From Sphaerodactylus townsendi (taxonomy: Eukaryota), in assembly GCF_021028975.2 (NCBI RefSeq), contig NC_059430.1:60326001-60390000 (forward strand): a DNA stretch of 64,000 nt, read 5' to 3'. This document shows positions 36,393-49,697 of this stretch, piece by piece (position 1 is the stretch's first letter; the number at the start of each line of letters is the position of its first letter). A program made the translations under genes and the position numbers. The notes below the pieces were generated by a model. The model was not told the origin of the DNA, ran no database searches, and worked only from the letters and a program-made list of their open reading frames with translations.

Positions 36393-39319
36393 GAGAATGC
36401 TGCTAGACATGGCCATATAGCCCGGAAACCACACAGAACCCCAGGAGCTCTATAGTTTCTAAGTGTTGGGATAATAGAGTCAATTGTTCCTTGATTACAT
36501 CGGGAGCTCTGAAAGGCTTTATGCAGAGTAAGTCCTTGGAGTTCCTGCTCAGGTATTCAATTTGGGTGAGGCTTTGATTGGATCAGGAAGGGATTGATTT
36601 TTAGGGAGATCGTATCTAGAGGTAGAGGAAATGCAAGGAAGGAGCAATTGTTGATGAAATGGTTTCTCAAAGGTAGATTAAATATAACGTCTAGTATCAG
36701 GGAGTCTTCCAGGATTCATTGGATCAGAACAGCTTAGCGGGGTGTGGTAATCAAGATATGTCCATGGTCCATGAGGCTTCCAGCTCCTATTGCCTGGAGT
36801 AACTCATTCACTGATTTAATCTTGCAAACAGACCTTTTGCCTTAGGCCTGCTTTTAGGGTGGACACTCTGCTACCTACACACACAAATGTGAGAATTGGC
36901 TTTTACCAATACAGCTGTACAGAAAAATGATATGGAATCTATATTTCAATAGAGCGGGGTATGAAGGGCAGGGCTAACATAGCTTAGAGCTGAATCTTGT
37001 TCAATAATGTTCCTTCTTAGGACCTCATCTTCTGTTAGAGGTAGTAGGAAACAGTTAAGTCAATTTTTGTGTAGAAAGGAGCTGTTGAATTCTTTAATAC
37101 AGAGGTGGAACACGAACTTTTTAGATCTAGACGTGCAGCCAGATCTCTATAAGAGTTGATAGGCTTCAAGACACTGGTGGGGGCATTTCTTCCACATCAG
37201 CTTTCATAACTTGCTGCAGGTGTGCATTGTTTTTATATTTGAAAATAACATCATGAGAGTTATATTGTTTCCTGAGTATCACTAACATATTGACATCTCA
37301 CCAGGATATCATCCTGCTGATCTAGAAGGAAGTGTTTTTAAGGAAATCCAATACTGGATGTTGCAAAGTGTCAAAGATTTATGGTACACCTTAACTTACC
37401 ACATTGCTAACTACATAACCTACCACAAAAGCTAAATTATATGGATTAAAGTATCATCGATATGCAGATCATACTAATCTGTTTATGTTTTCAACAGAAT
37501 CTGATGAGTTGTTTGTTTATTACATGTTTTGACTGCCTCCTCTTCAAAGTGTTCAGGGTGGTATGCATGGTTCTCCATGACTCATGACCAGAGTGCAATT
37601 TTTATGCCCTGTTTTTAACTTGTGGTTTAGGGAGCATTCAAGAATAATGTTGCACATATTAAAGGTTAAGAATAACAATTAACAGCATAAGAGACAGTAG
37701 GGAAAGGGAAAATATGAAAGAATGGGGGAGGCAAGAAAAACAAAAGCAAATAATTATGTTTAATTTAAGGTTAAAATTGTCAGTTGCAGCTGGAAACCCA
37801 TAGGAGCTACTCGCAGGGGTGGGTGGGTAGGAACAGTTGTACTAGCATCATGGCAACATGCAAAATCACTACCAGTACAAAACCATCATCATTGTGTTAG
37901 GGTAGTGCTCTAGAATTTGCCCAAATTCTGTGGTTAAACATGGCATTTTAAACAAATCCTTGATCATTCCTTCTGGACATTGGGAGCTGAGCTCCAGTTT
38001 CTCTCCTGCACAGTCACATGTGAAGCTGCAGTGGGGAACCGGGGCTATAATGGGAGTCATGCTCCCCATATTTTAGTCCAGGAATACTCTTTGTTAAATG
38101 GTTCTGCAAACTTTAAATGTTGTCTTCGACTGCTCTTAGTTAGATTTGTGTCCGTTACATGTCAAAACCTAAACCGTCTTACTGAACAAGTACATCCAAT
38201 TTGTGCTGATAAAAATGTAATCAGAAAAGAAATATATGAAAGAGAAATATATAATATATAAAAGAATATAATATTCTTAAATGTCAAGATCAATATTTTG
38301 TTCTACAGAATGACTGCATTTGAATTTCATCCAACAGTTTGTCACTTAAGATGAATAGTTAAAATTAACATGTATGATTATAACTACCTAACATTAAAAT
38401 TAAATGCTTATTTCTCAGACAAGCTCATGAAGTCCACTATGAGAAAAGAGCCAGCTAATTTTACATTTTTATACTTCCCTCGGTTATGATTGATGTTACG
38501 ATTCTTGTATATAATAGGTTAACGTAGTTTGCTGTTTTCTCCCAGCATGGAGCTTTCATTGTTGGTGTTTTCTCTTTGGGAAACCAGCACTAACATTTTG
38601 GCGTAGTCACTCTGTGACTAGCATTTTACTGAGAACAAATAGGAATTTGGAGAGTTTGGAATTTGAACATCTATAAGAAAATGGACATATAAGCAGTTTG
38701 TAGACATATAATCAGTTGTTTGAGGGATTGAGCATTGAATAGATTAATAATGCTGTCCTGCAAAGATGAATCTCTCTTGAGAATGAGATTTTAATTAAAA
38801 CCTACACAGATATGTGTCGTAGTTCCATTGGTTTGAGCATGCTGCCCTCTGCCTACAAAGTATAAAAACATTCTCTGCTGTTCATATTTTTCCTACAAAC
38901 CTTGAGATGAACAAAGGACCTCAGTATTTTTCTGTCATCATAAAAACCTCTGTTTTTGAATTCTGTGTGAGAGCATCCTTCAACTGGAAATGAAATACTA
39001 CCAAATTCAAAAGCTGCATTGCAGTGTTGTGGATTATTGTCTTAATTGAGGACATGCCTTCATTGAGGACATGTTCTTGTCCTGCCTTGTGGCTGTGTGT
39101 AACCTGTTGTTATTAGCATTGTAATGGCAGCCATAATCTGATAAATAATTATTTCAATAAAGGAAGATGAAACAGTTGGGCAAATACAGATGCAAGGAGA
39201 TATTGCTTCAAAGGTCGAGGCTGCAACAGCCAAAAGAAGTTAGAGATGCGAAGGCATTAAAAGGAAACTTTGTGTTTTGTTGAGCTTTCATTTGACTTAA
39301 ATCACTAGGAATTTCCAAA

Positions 39320-40123
39320 TCTATCTTGAGAATTGGTTTTTGACAAAGTATCCAAATCCATAGAAGCGCTAGTTGTGGCGCTTCCCCTCCCTGCGCAGGG
39401 CCCTTGGGCGATGGAACCTTCCCTCCCTCCCTGTCCTGGGGGTTGTCCTCCCCAGAGATTGGGGAGCCCTCGGGCCAATCTTTTCCAATTGGCCCGAGGG
39501 GCCAAGAAACAATTTAGCCCACAGGGCGCCTGGTGTTGAAGAACCCCTCTGGCTTCTCCAGCTGTCTCTTCCCTAAACCCCCAGCGTGTCAGGCCCCGCC
39601 CGCGCCCAGTTTCTGCCTTCCTCACTAGCCATGGCTGGAGTTGGCTAGGCAGGCAGCTGACGCCAGCCACAACCCAGTTGCTCCTACCTTCACTGGACTG
39701 AAGCGACAGCTGCTCGCCGAGAGGTGGCTCCTGGCACAACCCTCCCAAGCGCGAACCTCCTCAACGAGAGCCGTCTGGCCCCTTCCACCACCTGCCACAC
39801 CCCTCCCACGCCACTCCTTGCTGGAGGCGTGCAGCTCCCCCACCTGAGCTTCCCTTTTCTCTCCCTTAAATCCCCTTCCCAGACTCAAAACCCTCCCCCT
39901 GCCCAGTTGCAGCGCGTCCATGCCGAGCCAATCGGGCTCAGCTGCGCTCCGGGCATGGCCGGAGCTACGGAGCTTTGTATCTTCGAAGCATTGTTGCGTC
40001 GAAACTTCGACGCATTTCCGTGCCGGTCCCGAGGAACCCCCCTGGCCAGCCGACCTCAGGATCACCGGCTTCAGTCCGGGCGCAGGAACGGCTACCATCA
40101 CTCCGCCTGCACCCGGACACTAG
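39320..40123 (+). mobile_element. Candidate non-autonomous Helitron
   Basis: A|TCTATC start, GC hairpin 40074-40086/40106-40118, ends CTAG|T, no TSD, CpG-rich. Confidence 0.65.
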
Positions 40124-40236
40124 TCATATATTCAGGATTGAATAGCAGTAGTTTAGTATAGCCAGTCAACAGTGTAAGAAAAACAAATCTGATATTCTTA
40201 TTATTCACACTCTTGGAGAGAAGAAACCATAAAATA

Positions 40237-40977
40237 CCGTATATACTTGAGTATAAGCCGACATTTTCAGCACAGTTTTTATGCTGAAAAAGCCCCCCTT
40301 GGCTTATACTCAAGTCTCACCTACCTGTTCTCCAGTGCCTCATCAGGGAGAGCAGCTCCTTATCTAGGCTCTGCTACATTTCTCTTAGATTACCTTTTCC
40401 CCTTACCTTACCTCATCTGAATTAACTCCTTCCTTCGCTCCCCCCCACCATCATCTCCTCCTCTTCACCTCCCTCCCCTCATGGCAGATTTACCCAGCGG
40501 GGGCCCCAGGACCTAAGCAGCCTCAAATGGCTGCCAAATCCTTCTCACCAGACAAGGAAACATTCGTCCGCTAACTGCCGGCATGCACACAGGTGGCTTC
40601 CAAGGGTGCGGACTGGGATAAACCGGTCCCCACCCAGAAGAAGGCTGGCAGAACGGGCATGCAAGCTCCAATTGAGACGCATCCTCCGGAGCCACGTTTA
40701 AAAAAGCCACGGCTGCAGCAACAGGAGGGAGGAGCGAAAAGCAAACAGGCAGACGCTGGCAGCCCCAGCAGGGATGTGTCTGGCGTGGCCTGACAGGAAC
40801 ATCGAGCTGAGGAGGGAGGAACGAGAACCATGCCAGCAAACGCCGACAGCCCCAAAATTGGCTGCTGCATTTCCCACCCTAGGTTTATACTCGAGTCAAT
40901 AAGTTTTCCCAGTTTTTTGTGGTAAAATTAGGTGCCTCAGCTTATATTTGGGTCGGCTTATACTCGAGTATATATGG
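40237..40977. mobile_element. Tc1/mariner (Tc2/pogo-like) non-autonomous element
   Basis: TIR CCGTATATACTTGAGTATAAGCCGA / TCGGCTTATACTCGAGTATATATGG; TA TSD; internal subterminal copies of TTATACTCGAGT. Confidence 0.9.
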
Positions 40978-41049
40978 TATCTTGACCCTGCTGGCAGCTA
41001 GGTGGTATAAATAGCCAGTCAACCAATTATTATGTTCCTTGTATAAGTA

Positions 41050-41345
41050 GGAGAAGAATTGGGTTTTACACCCCATTTTTTACTACTTTTAAGGAATCTC
41101 AAAGCATCTTATAATCACCTTACGTTCCCTTCCCCACAATGGGCACCTTGTGAAATAGATCGGATTGAGAGAGTTCTGAGAGAACTGTGACAAGTCGAAG
41201 GTCACCCAGCAGACTTCATATGGAGGAACCAGGAAAAACAAATCTCATTTCCCAGATTAGAGTCTGCTGCTCATGTGGAGGACTAGGGAATCAAACCCAA
41301 TTCTCCAGATGAGAGTCTGCCACTCATAACGACTATACTAGACTG
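41050..41345 (-). mobile_element. Squam3-like SINE
   Basis: AAGGTCACCCAGC, GGGAATCAAACCC..TCTCCAGAT; internal duplication of the head region. Confidence 0.8.
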
Positions 41346-44199
41346 TTAAAAGGTATATGCAGTTCCCTTAGTTGTTTCTTCTTGTTCTCCCTCAAACCTC
41401 TCTCTTCTGCCATTCTTGTTTTATTCCTGCTTGGAAGGGAAGACCTAGACCTGAAGAGCAACTGTATTTTTTAGAAGTTGTACATAAATATTTAAAATAA
41501 CATTCAGTATAGTATCCATGGATCTTTCATTATTTATGTTATTACTTTTGTTGATAATAAAAATAGTGTGCAAGAACTGGGAATACAAAACAGAAAACTG
41601 CCCGTCTCATGCTTGACCACTAATGTGCAAATGTGCCACTAAAATGGAACTTGAGCTGTTTGCACAACTTCTCAGACATTATGACTAATCCATGCGTTAG
41701 TTCAGTAGCCAAGGCACGTTGCAAAGCTGTAGCCACATTGCATTGATTAGATGTATTTCACACAGAACCCTTTGCAGAGCTACTCTTTTCTAAGCATATT
41801 GACCTCAATAGATTTAGAAAGGTACAACTCTGTTTAGAATTGCATTGATAGTTTCTTAGAGGGACGATCTGTTTCTAATTATAATGTATAATCACTATTT
41901 TATTGCCTTCAGATGCCTTCAGAAGTATCTTAACTAAAGAAAATTAAGTTTACATGTTTGGCCACATTTTGCAAAAAACAAAGATTCCAAAATTAAACTA
42001 TTTTTATCTTTAGACAAATTGCAATATTTACCAGTAGAGGGAGTCTGTTAACACTAATTTCTTTTTTGTAAGCATTACTTAAATGAATGCATAGTGTGGT
42101 ATTAATCCAAATATTCACTGATTTATCTTCCACCAGCTACTTAGCTAAAATATATAACATGTAATATTTGGCATTATATCAAACTTTAAAAATATATTGC
42201 CAAATTATTCCATAACTGTTGACTGACTATATTACACAGCTTTATTTTAAAAATGCATCAAAGCAGTTCACATTCTTGCTTTGGTATGATTCTCTCTCTC
42301 TAGCATCTCAGTTTCCTCCTTTCCAAATGTAATTATGCAAATTGCTGTCCCTTCTAGAATTTTACTGCTGTCCTTTTAATCTGTGGCATTTAGTATAGTT
42401 GTAAAGCTTCATGTTTGACAAGAATTATTCATGTTGGGCTTGTAGGGTTTACCTTGTGTCTGTATGCTTTGCTGTGGGTTGTTCCTGTGCTTTTTTGTTT
42501 GTAGAGGATTCTTCCGTTGCTGTACCCACAGCCAAGCCGATCAGCCATTTTATTTATATTTATTTATTTATATATCACATTTTATATACCACCCCACCCC
42601 CAAATGGCTCTAAGCAGTGTACAATCAACAGTAAAACATCATAAAACATTATAAAGTTAAAACACAAACCTAACAGCAAAAGCATCTCAGATGGCAAATT
42701 CTACCTAAACTTGTCCTCTCCCACTTCCTTGTTCTGTGCAATTGAAAGGAACTCCTGATGTGTGGGTAGGGAAAGCTGGAGGAGCAAGGAAATCTGAAGA
42801 AAGCAAAATACAGATTGATTCCTTTTACTTTCACTTTGATTTTCCCTGAAAAGTCACACTTTAACCAATCTCAGAAACCATAGGGAGAGTCTGACTTAAG
42901 AGTATGAAGAGGATGAAATATGTGCATCACTGAGAATCCAACCCAAAGAGAATGTACACTGAATGTGGATGAGGCCAAACATGCTTCATGCCCCACTGTA
43001 GAATTTGTAGGAAATTTTGCTTGACTACATTTTCCTACCGTTATCCAAATCAAATATGGTGAAGTTGAATTTGATATCAAATAGAATATAGGGGTGGAAA
43101 TTTAAAGACCTTTAGTATCTGTTTTCCAGATTAGCATTTCATGAGAATCTGAAAGTGAAGTGAAAAATAACAGTTGAGCTTGTAATGTAGAATTACAAAT
43201 TTGGATAAGGGACATTTTATTTCTTTTGGGGGGAGTATACTATCTATCATCATTTTATCCACAGCATGTACATAGTGAAGGATATCCACTTTCAACTCTT
43301 TTTCCCCACATACCTTTTCAGATTGCCTTTCATTCACATTACTTGTATTATCTCACAGCAAGAACTCTGACATTTTCAAACTTTGTTATTTTGATCATAA
43401 CTTCATTCTGCAACTAAAGGGTAATGTGTGTGGATATAGGAACTAAAATGTTATCTTAAATGGAATATAGCTGTGAACATGGAGACCAACATCATTCTAT
43501 ATATTTAATGGATGCATGTGCCTTCTGCCTGCATATACTTAAATCTGCTAATAGAGGGCACAGTTCCTTCCAACAGGTTTTTCTATAGACACAGGAAACC
43601 CCCTAGATTTGCAGAAAAAGCAAAAAAGTTTTTTTAAAATGAGATTTAAATTTTCCCAAACTGAAGAATTATCTGTGCCTGCATAAACAACACACTTACC
43701 CCCTTAGGACCTGGTAGGAATTGCAGTACAGGGTCCACGCTAGGCTCAGCTGCTGTGGCCAGCCACCACAGGTACCTGTGGCAGAGCCTGGGAGCAGTGG
43801 GGGAGCCTGTTAGTGACAGCAGAGTCCAAGAACCACGAGTGGGCTCACCTCCCATTGCTGTAAGGTAAATGGGGGAGGGAGAGATAAGATTCTCTCCTCC
43901 CACACAAGTTTTGCTGGCTTCAACCTTGGTAAGTTGAAAAGAGAGCTGGACTGGGAAAGGAGGCCTGGAGCAGTGATCAGGGAAGATGGGATTCTCCCCT
44001 GTGAGTTTCATGGGCCCCCACTTGTATATCTAATTGTGACCCCATCTGTGGATATTTGAATCTGGAGTATGGATAAACAAGATGGACCCTTTCTACTAAC
44101 CTGAGAACCAAGTTTGCAAAAAAAAATCTGAAATGTGCATGGGGGTCCTTTCCTTAAATAATAGAAGCAGTCGCTTTAAGAAATGAATACTTTGTTAGT

Positions 44200-44345
44200 C
44201 ACTTTTGTGACCTTGGGCCTGTCACACACTACCAGCCTAACTTACCTCACAGGGTTGTTGTGAGGATAAAATGGGGGACAAGAGAATGACAGATGCTTCT
44301 TTGGGTTCCATTGGAAACAAAGGCTGAATATTAATCACATAAATC
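44200..44345 (+). mobile_element. Squam3-like SINE 3' part
   Basis: GTGACCTTGGGCCTGTCACAC...TACCTCACAGGGTTGTTGTGAGGATAAAATG. Confidence 0.75.
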
Positions 44346-44818
44346 ATAAATATAGCTGAAGATGGGGTGGGCAAATAAAAGGTAGGTTTTGTGGTGGGTA
44401 GGGCAGAGAAAAGCAAACAGATAATATGGGAGCTGCCAGCAGGATTGTAAATCACCAGGTGGGGGTTGAGGGTCTTTTGGAATTACAGTTCATCATCAGA
44501 CTACAGAGATCACTTTCCCTGGAGAAAAGTGCTACCTTTGGAGGATGCGCTCTGTGACATTTATCTTTCTGAAGTCCTTTCCTCTCCAAACCCAGTGTTC
44601 CCCAGGCTGTTCCTGGGTTGGCAGTGAGCTGCCATGAGGAGGGAAAAAAGAAATAGTGGGAGATGGGATAACAGAGGAAAGTGTGGTACCTCCCCCCCCC
44701 CCCAAATCCTAATTCAGAACTCTAAACATTATACCACCCCTTTTCTATTTGACTGGTTGGGTTCTTTAGTTTGTCAAAAGTTCCGGAACTGGGGTAATGC
44801 AACATTACATTTGCTTCA

Positions 44819-44906
44819 GGAGCAATCCTGAATAGTCTACTTAGAAGTAAGTCCCATTTAATTCAATGGGGCATACTTCCAAAAAAGTAATTTTAGGATT
44901 GCAGCC
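44819..44906. mobile_element. Short palindromic MITE
   Basis: GCAATCCT...AGGATTGC ends with central CCCATT..AATGGG; weaker relatives at ~26650-26730 and ~41770-41845. Confidence 0.6.
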
Positions 44907-47029
44907 TTTACAACATATATAATAAGCTTTTCTGCAATATGACAAGAAATATTCATTCTTCAGAGTCATCTAGAAAATGGTTTCCCTTTTCATTGAAAGA
45001 GGTTAAACGTTTTTCATTGAGAAAAGTTAATACCTTTGCCAGCACTGTGAAGTTCTACTGTGTGATTGGCCCTGTGCTTTTGTGACTAGTTGAGATTCTT
45101 CATAGACTGTTAAGACTATCAGAGTCCAGAATGTCAGGTACAGAAATTAACCTGCATCTGGATGTTGCTTTTCTGTCAGATTAGCACCACCTCCAGCATC
45201 AGCACTGGCATGTGATCTAAAAATAAAAAGCCTTTGCAGAATTGTTCGTGCACTTTTAAGTTCTCTGTTCTGAGAAACAGCATGTAACAAAATAGAATTC
45301 TGCTAATGAATGCAATTTAATAGAAATGGAGGAAAAAACCTATGACATTGTGAATTCAAATGCACTGATGCACAAATTGAAATTGGCTTAGCAAATTGCA
45401 GTGTTCCATCTTTCATTTCCAGCACCTATGAAATAAGCAAACAAGCAAAATGCATTAGTATTGAGAATATTCTCTGCCATACAACTGGAATATTATTGTT
45501 GATAAATGTTTCTACCAACCTATTCAAAGTAGAACTTACTGTCAGTCAATATGATATTGGAAGGCAAAACACTACATTTGAACCGAAATCCACCCATCAG
45601 TTCAGGACGTCCACAAAATGTTTAAACTGAACACTGTTTTCAAATCTCAGGCTATTAAAATGTAGCACTGTCAGTTTCATCTATGAAATTATCCTGTATT
45701 TGTTTCATAGTTTTTTATTCAACCATATATTTAGCCAAACATTTAAATATTCCTGAAACCCTCAACAAAGCTTGAAAGCACAGTAGTCCCTGCAGTTTCT
45801 ATGCAGGTTTATTGAAATGCTATTTGTTTTTATTTGCAAAATTTGTATGCCACCTTTCGGGGCCTGCTCAAGGCAGCTCACAATAAAATCTAGTAAAAAC
45901 AATAAAAAAATAAAGCATATGCAAAGCATCTCAATAAAACAATCGAATAAAAAATCTAAATAGCAGTTCAGTATGAATTTTATCATTTCTAATGCAGATT
46001 TCATTACTGGTTTCTCATCCTTATTGGTATTGGTTTTTCATTTGTTCCTTGTATGAATTACTGAAGTAAACATAGAATTTTCAGTTTAAGCTGAAAATGC
46101 TACTGATAAGCATTACATTTTGTGGTGATATATTTCTGAACAACAAGAATCTCCTTTGTGCATGTATGACAATCCTCTGGTGTCCTAAAATCAATATCAC
46201 TGCTTCTAACTGATGTTGTACTCCAGAAAGATGACTGGCTCAACTGTTTATTATTTGAATATAATAGCACAATTTTCTCTGGGCTTGTAAAAAGCATGCA
46301 GAAACCAACATGCATGTGTCTTTTTCATGAAGGCATTTGTGCCTTCATGAAAAACAAGGGCCTCCATTTGTTGCCCTAAGGGCATGTTTTACACAATGAA
46401 CAAGCAACAACTATGTGAAGGAGTTCTTCATCAGGCCTGCCTTAAGTGCAAGATATTGATATAACATGTTGATCAAGAGTATGCTCTCACTTGTAACAAA
46501 ATTAAAACTGACAGCATAACTCTCTTCTACACAGGAAGAAAACTTTTTTTCCTGCTGCCATCTTAGCTTCATTTGGATGAAAATATAAATGAAATAAGTT
46601 TATTCTCAGACACCACCTTTTAAATGGCATTTTATCAATTATAATGGAAATATTTCTCCAGAGTCCAGGATGAAACTAAGAAGTATCTTGGATGTGTATG
46701 TCCTTAAACGTAATAGAGTGGAATGTTAATAGCTGAATAAATTGAGGTGTTGCGTAGTTTGTCATTTGTTAGAAAACCTAGCATGAGATTATGACTACAG
46801 TAATTGCAGTGACAAATTTGAACAGGAAAATGTCACTGTGATGCCGTTTTAAATGAAAGCTTGCTATTTCCTGTTCGATACCCACAAAAGTAAGATTATA
46901 TTCATGTGAACCAACATATTCAGAATTTGAATGCAGAACAACTTAATGGTTCGTAGGTCCATGTGAGAGTATATGGACACAGATTTTTTTAAAAGGAACA
47001 CTTAGTAGTAATTCTCCAATAAATGTGGT

Positions 47030-47437
47030 TGCCACCTTGTGAAATAGCTTGTGTGAGGAAGTCAGGAAAATGCCCATTCTCCTGTATTTTTGCAAAATAT
47101 ACAAAACTGAACTAATCAAAAAGGCTTTTCTGCTCAGGTAACTCAGGTTACAACTGTACAAAATGGTTAACAAACTTACTTGGTTAAAGGATTAGGAACT
47201 GTACTACGGTATATAGCTTACTGTAAGTTGGATCCTATTGTGTAATCTTTGTACCGCTTAATGTTTCATGTTAATACATATGATATGTTTCAGTTCTTTT
47301 TGGTGGTTCCAGACTTCTAAAATCCTAATTCACTGATTATTAAATGTCCCATTTTATTAATTGTGCTGACTCACTTTGTGTAATCCACCTTGATTCCTTT
47401 GAGAAAGGTAGAGTGTAATTAATGTAAATGAATAAAA
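47030..47437 (+). mobile_element. L2-type LINE 3' end
   Basis: Paralogous to 25960-26515. Confidence 0.7.
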
Positions 47438-47552
47438 TGGTAGAGGTTGACTTGCTTTAATTATTATTTCTATCTTTAGCTCTTATGGCAAAACCACAAG
47501 GAAATCCATGATGAGTTCACTAGCAAAGTTTAGGAACCATGGCTCAGGGGAC

Positions 47553-47950
47553 CAGAGGCATATCAGGTGGAAATGGTGCCCAGGGGCAACACTTGCTCTG
47601 GGTGCCCCCCCCCACAGCCCCATGGCCCACTTACCTTTGCAAGCCTGCGAGGGGGGGCGGCTTGGGAGGTGGCGAGTGGCTCAGTGGGCACCTGACACTG
47701 GCTCCTGCACTCTTCTGCCTCCCTGCTGACAGACCAGCCTCCAATAGAGGTGGGGAGACCGGCAAAAGTCAGCACCAGGCCAGCAGCCTGCCGCGAACCC
47801 ACCAAAGTGCCCCTCAACTTGAAGGGCACCCAGCGGGCCCGCGGCAGACTTCAGTGTGTGGGGGCAATTTTGCGGGGGACCCCATGTGACCTGATGGACA
47901 GTGCCCATGGACAGAGGATACCTCCTGTCCCTCTGACAGGTACACCCCTG
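47553..47950. mobile_element. GC-rich hAT-like non-autonomous element
   Basis: Ends CAGAGGCATATC / GGTACACCCCTG; 8-bp TSD CAGGGGAC / CAGGGGAT (7 of 8 match). Confidence 0.7.
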
Positions 47951-48130
47951 CAGGGGATCATGGCTCAGTGGTAGTATATCTGCTTGACATCTGCCTCCTC
48001 AGTTAGGCCCAAGTTAAGTCCCCAGCATCTCCATCTAAATGGATATGGTAGTAGGTGATGTAAAAGACATAAGGCCGTGGAGAGCCTTGATGGACCAAGA
48101 GTGATTTGGTATTAGGCAGCCTCGTATGTA
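47951..48130 (+). mobile_element. Squam2-like tRNA SINE (degraded)
   Basis: A box TGGCTCAGTGGTAG, B-box-like AAGTTAAGTCCC, CAGCATCTCCA, GTAGTAGGTGATGTAAAAGAC. Confidence 0.65.
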
Positions 48131-48846
48131 CCACATAAAAAGGAATGCTCCTTCCTTATCTTTTCCCTACATGGACAAAAAATGCAGCTGTTCTGCTGTA
48201 AAAATAAAACAATAGCCTAGTATTCCAATTCCAATCCAAACTGGAGCTGTCTGTGTATGACTTAAGCATTTTTTTAAAAAGTTTTGGAGATCTTTTGGAT
48301 CTTCTAGGTCACAGTTTCATACTGTCAGGAAACTTAAGCTTATTTAATCAGACTTGATCAGAGTAGACTAGGAAGGATCTAACTGAGGAGGCAGGTGTGA
48401 AGCTGCTACAACACTGGCCTAACTCAGAGCCAGGGTAGACTCAGCCCTTGTTTCAATTAGCCACCTGTTGGTGACAACTCAAACCAGAGTTAGGATGGTT
48501 TATTTGAAAATAAATGAATAAATAAAAACTAGTGTATTTGTTTGATCTTTTAGAAAGTTTTAAATTAAGTAAATACTTTTTAAGTGATTAGGGTGGGAAA
48601 ACTTAGCAAGCACTTTAGAGCACCCACTGATGAAATGAATTTGCCTTAAGTAAATAAACATTTCTTATTTCCTGAGTAGGAATATAGTACATAACATTTG
48701 AAATTATTTAAGGATGTCACTTTACGTTTATTATCCAGATTACTTGCTAAGGGCAGATGCACAGTTGGAAAGTTTACAAGTCACACTAGACAGTACATCT
48801 ATGTATGATAACAGGTCACCGTAGAAAAACCTAACAAAACCTATCT

Positions 48847-49333
48847 GAGTCATGTTCAAGGTGCTGGTTCTGACCTTTAAGGCTGTAAATGGCCTTGGGC
48901 CTACATACTTGAGGGATTGCGTCTCCCCATATTGCCCCATTAGGGCCCTCCGATCTTCGGAGGGGTTCCTATTAGAGGACCCTGGACTGAAACGTGTCCA
49001 GCTGGCCTCCACTAGGGCCAGGGCCTTTACGGTCCTGGCCTCTCTCTGGTAGAACAGGTTCCCTAAGAAGACCAGGGCCCTGTGAGACTTGTCAAGTTTT
49101 TGCAGGGCCTATAAAACAGACCTGTTCCGTCAGGCATTTGGCCAGCCGGACTGAAAATATATTCCATCGCCCTGATCTCCAGTGGACTCGGGGGGGGGGG
49201 GGGGGTTATTGCCATCCGTGTTTTTGTATTAAATATCATAAATAGGTTTTTATATGCTGTGATATTTATTCTCTGTTGTACGTCGCCCTAAGCCCTTCAA
49301 GGGAGGGCGACTAATAAATTGAAAGAATAAAAT
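48847..49333 (+). mobile_element. 5'-truncated L2 LINE with TSD
   Basis: MFKVLVLTFKAVNGLGPTYLRD...RAFTVLA; 10-bp TSD AAACCTATCT (48837-48846, 49334-49343). Confidence 0.92.
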
Positions 49334-49534
49334 AAACCTATCTTCTTTTGCCCCAATGAAAAAAAATCAAGAACTCAAAAGTCAAGTAGCTACAGGAGAG
49401 CACTATTGTTTACACATCTGCTCACATATATAACACATATTGTGCAATGTGTTATTAAGGAATTACAGGGCATATAATAAACACAAAAACAGCAGAACAT
49501 TGTCCTTTTACATGGGATTTTATCAGTTGTGTAA

Positions 49535-49697
49535 ATGTCAAGTGGTGTCAAGACATAGCCAACTTAGAGCAAACACATAGGATTTTCAGAGCAAGTGATT
49601 AAAGTGCCATTGCCTTCCTCTTCAGAGTCTTCTTTGGTGGTCTCCCATTCAAGTACCCACCTTGCTTAGCCTCCAAGATCTGATGAGATCAGGCTAT
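49535..49697 (-). mobile_element. 5S-headed Sauria-like SINE
   Basis: GGTGGTCTCCCATTCAAGTACC..CTTGCTTAGCCTCCAAGATCTGATGAGATCAGGCTA is the reverse complement of a 5S-like head. Confidence 0.75.

Larger units (their letters stand above)
36211..36445. mobile_element. Palindromic head-to-head Penelope pLTR insertion with two hammerhead motifs
   Basis: Arms inverted about TCTTCAGAGGATCTGAA-TC-TTCAGATCCTCTGAAGA; imperfect TSD AGCTCTGTA / AGCTCTATA. Confidence 0.9.
35652..36880 (-). mobile_element. Possible ERV-like LTR hosting the 36.2 kb Penelope insertion
   Basis: Minus-strand TGTAGG...GGTAACA ends and TATAAAA at ~36092; no TSD found. Confidence 0.35.

Noticed and set aside
39305-40870. Overlapping ORFs that could suggest a CpG-island first exon
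   Set aside because: Explained by the Helitron-like and Tc2-like elements; no recognisable protein or strong splice donor
40159-41022. 13-bp direct repeat ATAGCCAGTCAAC on both sides of the Tc2-like element
   Set aside because: Not adjacent to the TIRs and the true TSD is TA; cannot be assigned a mechanism
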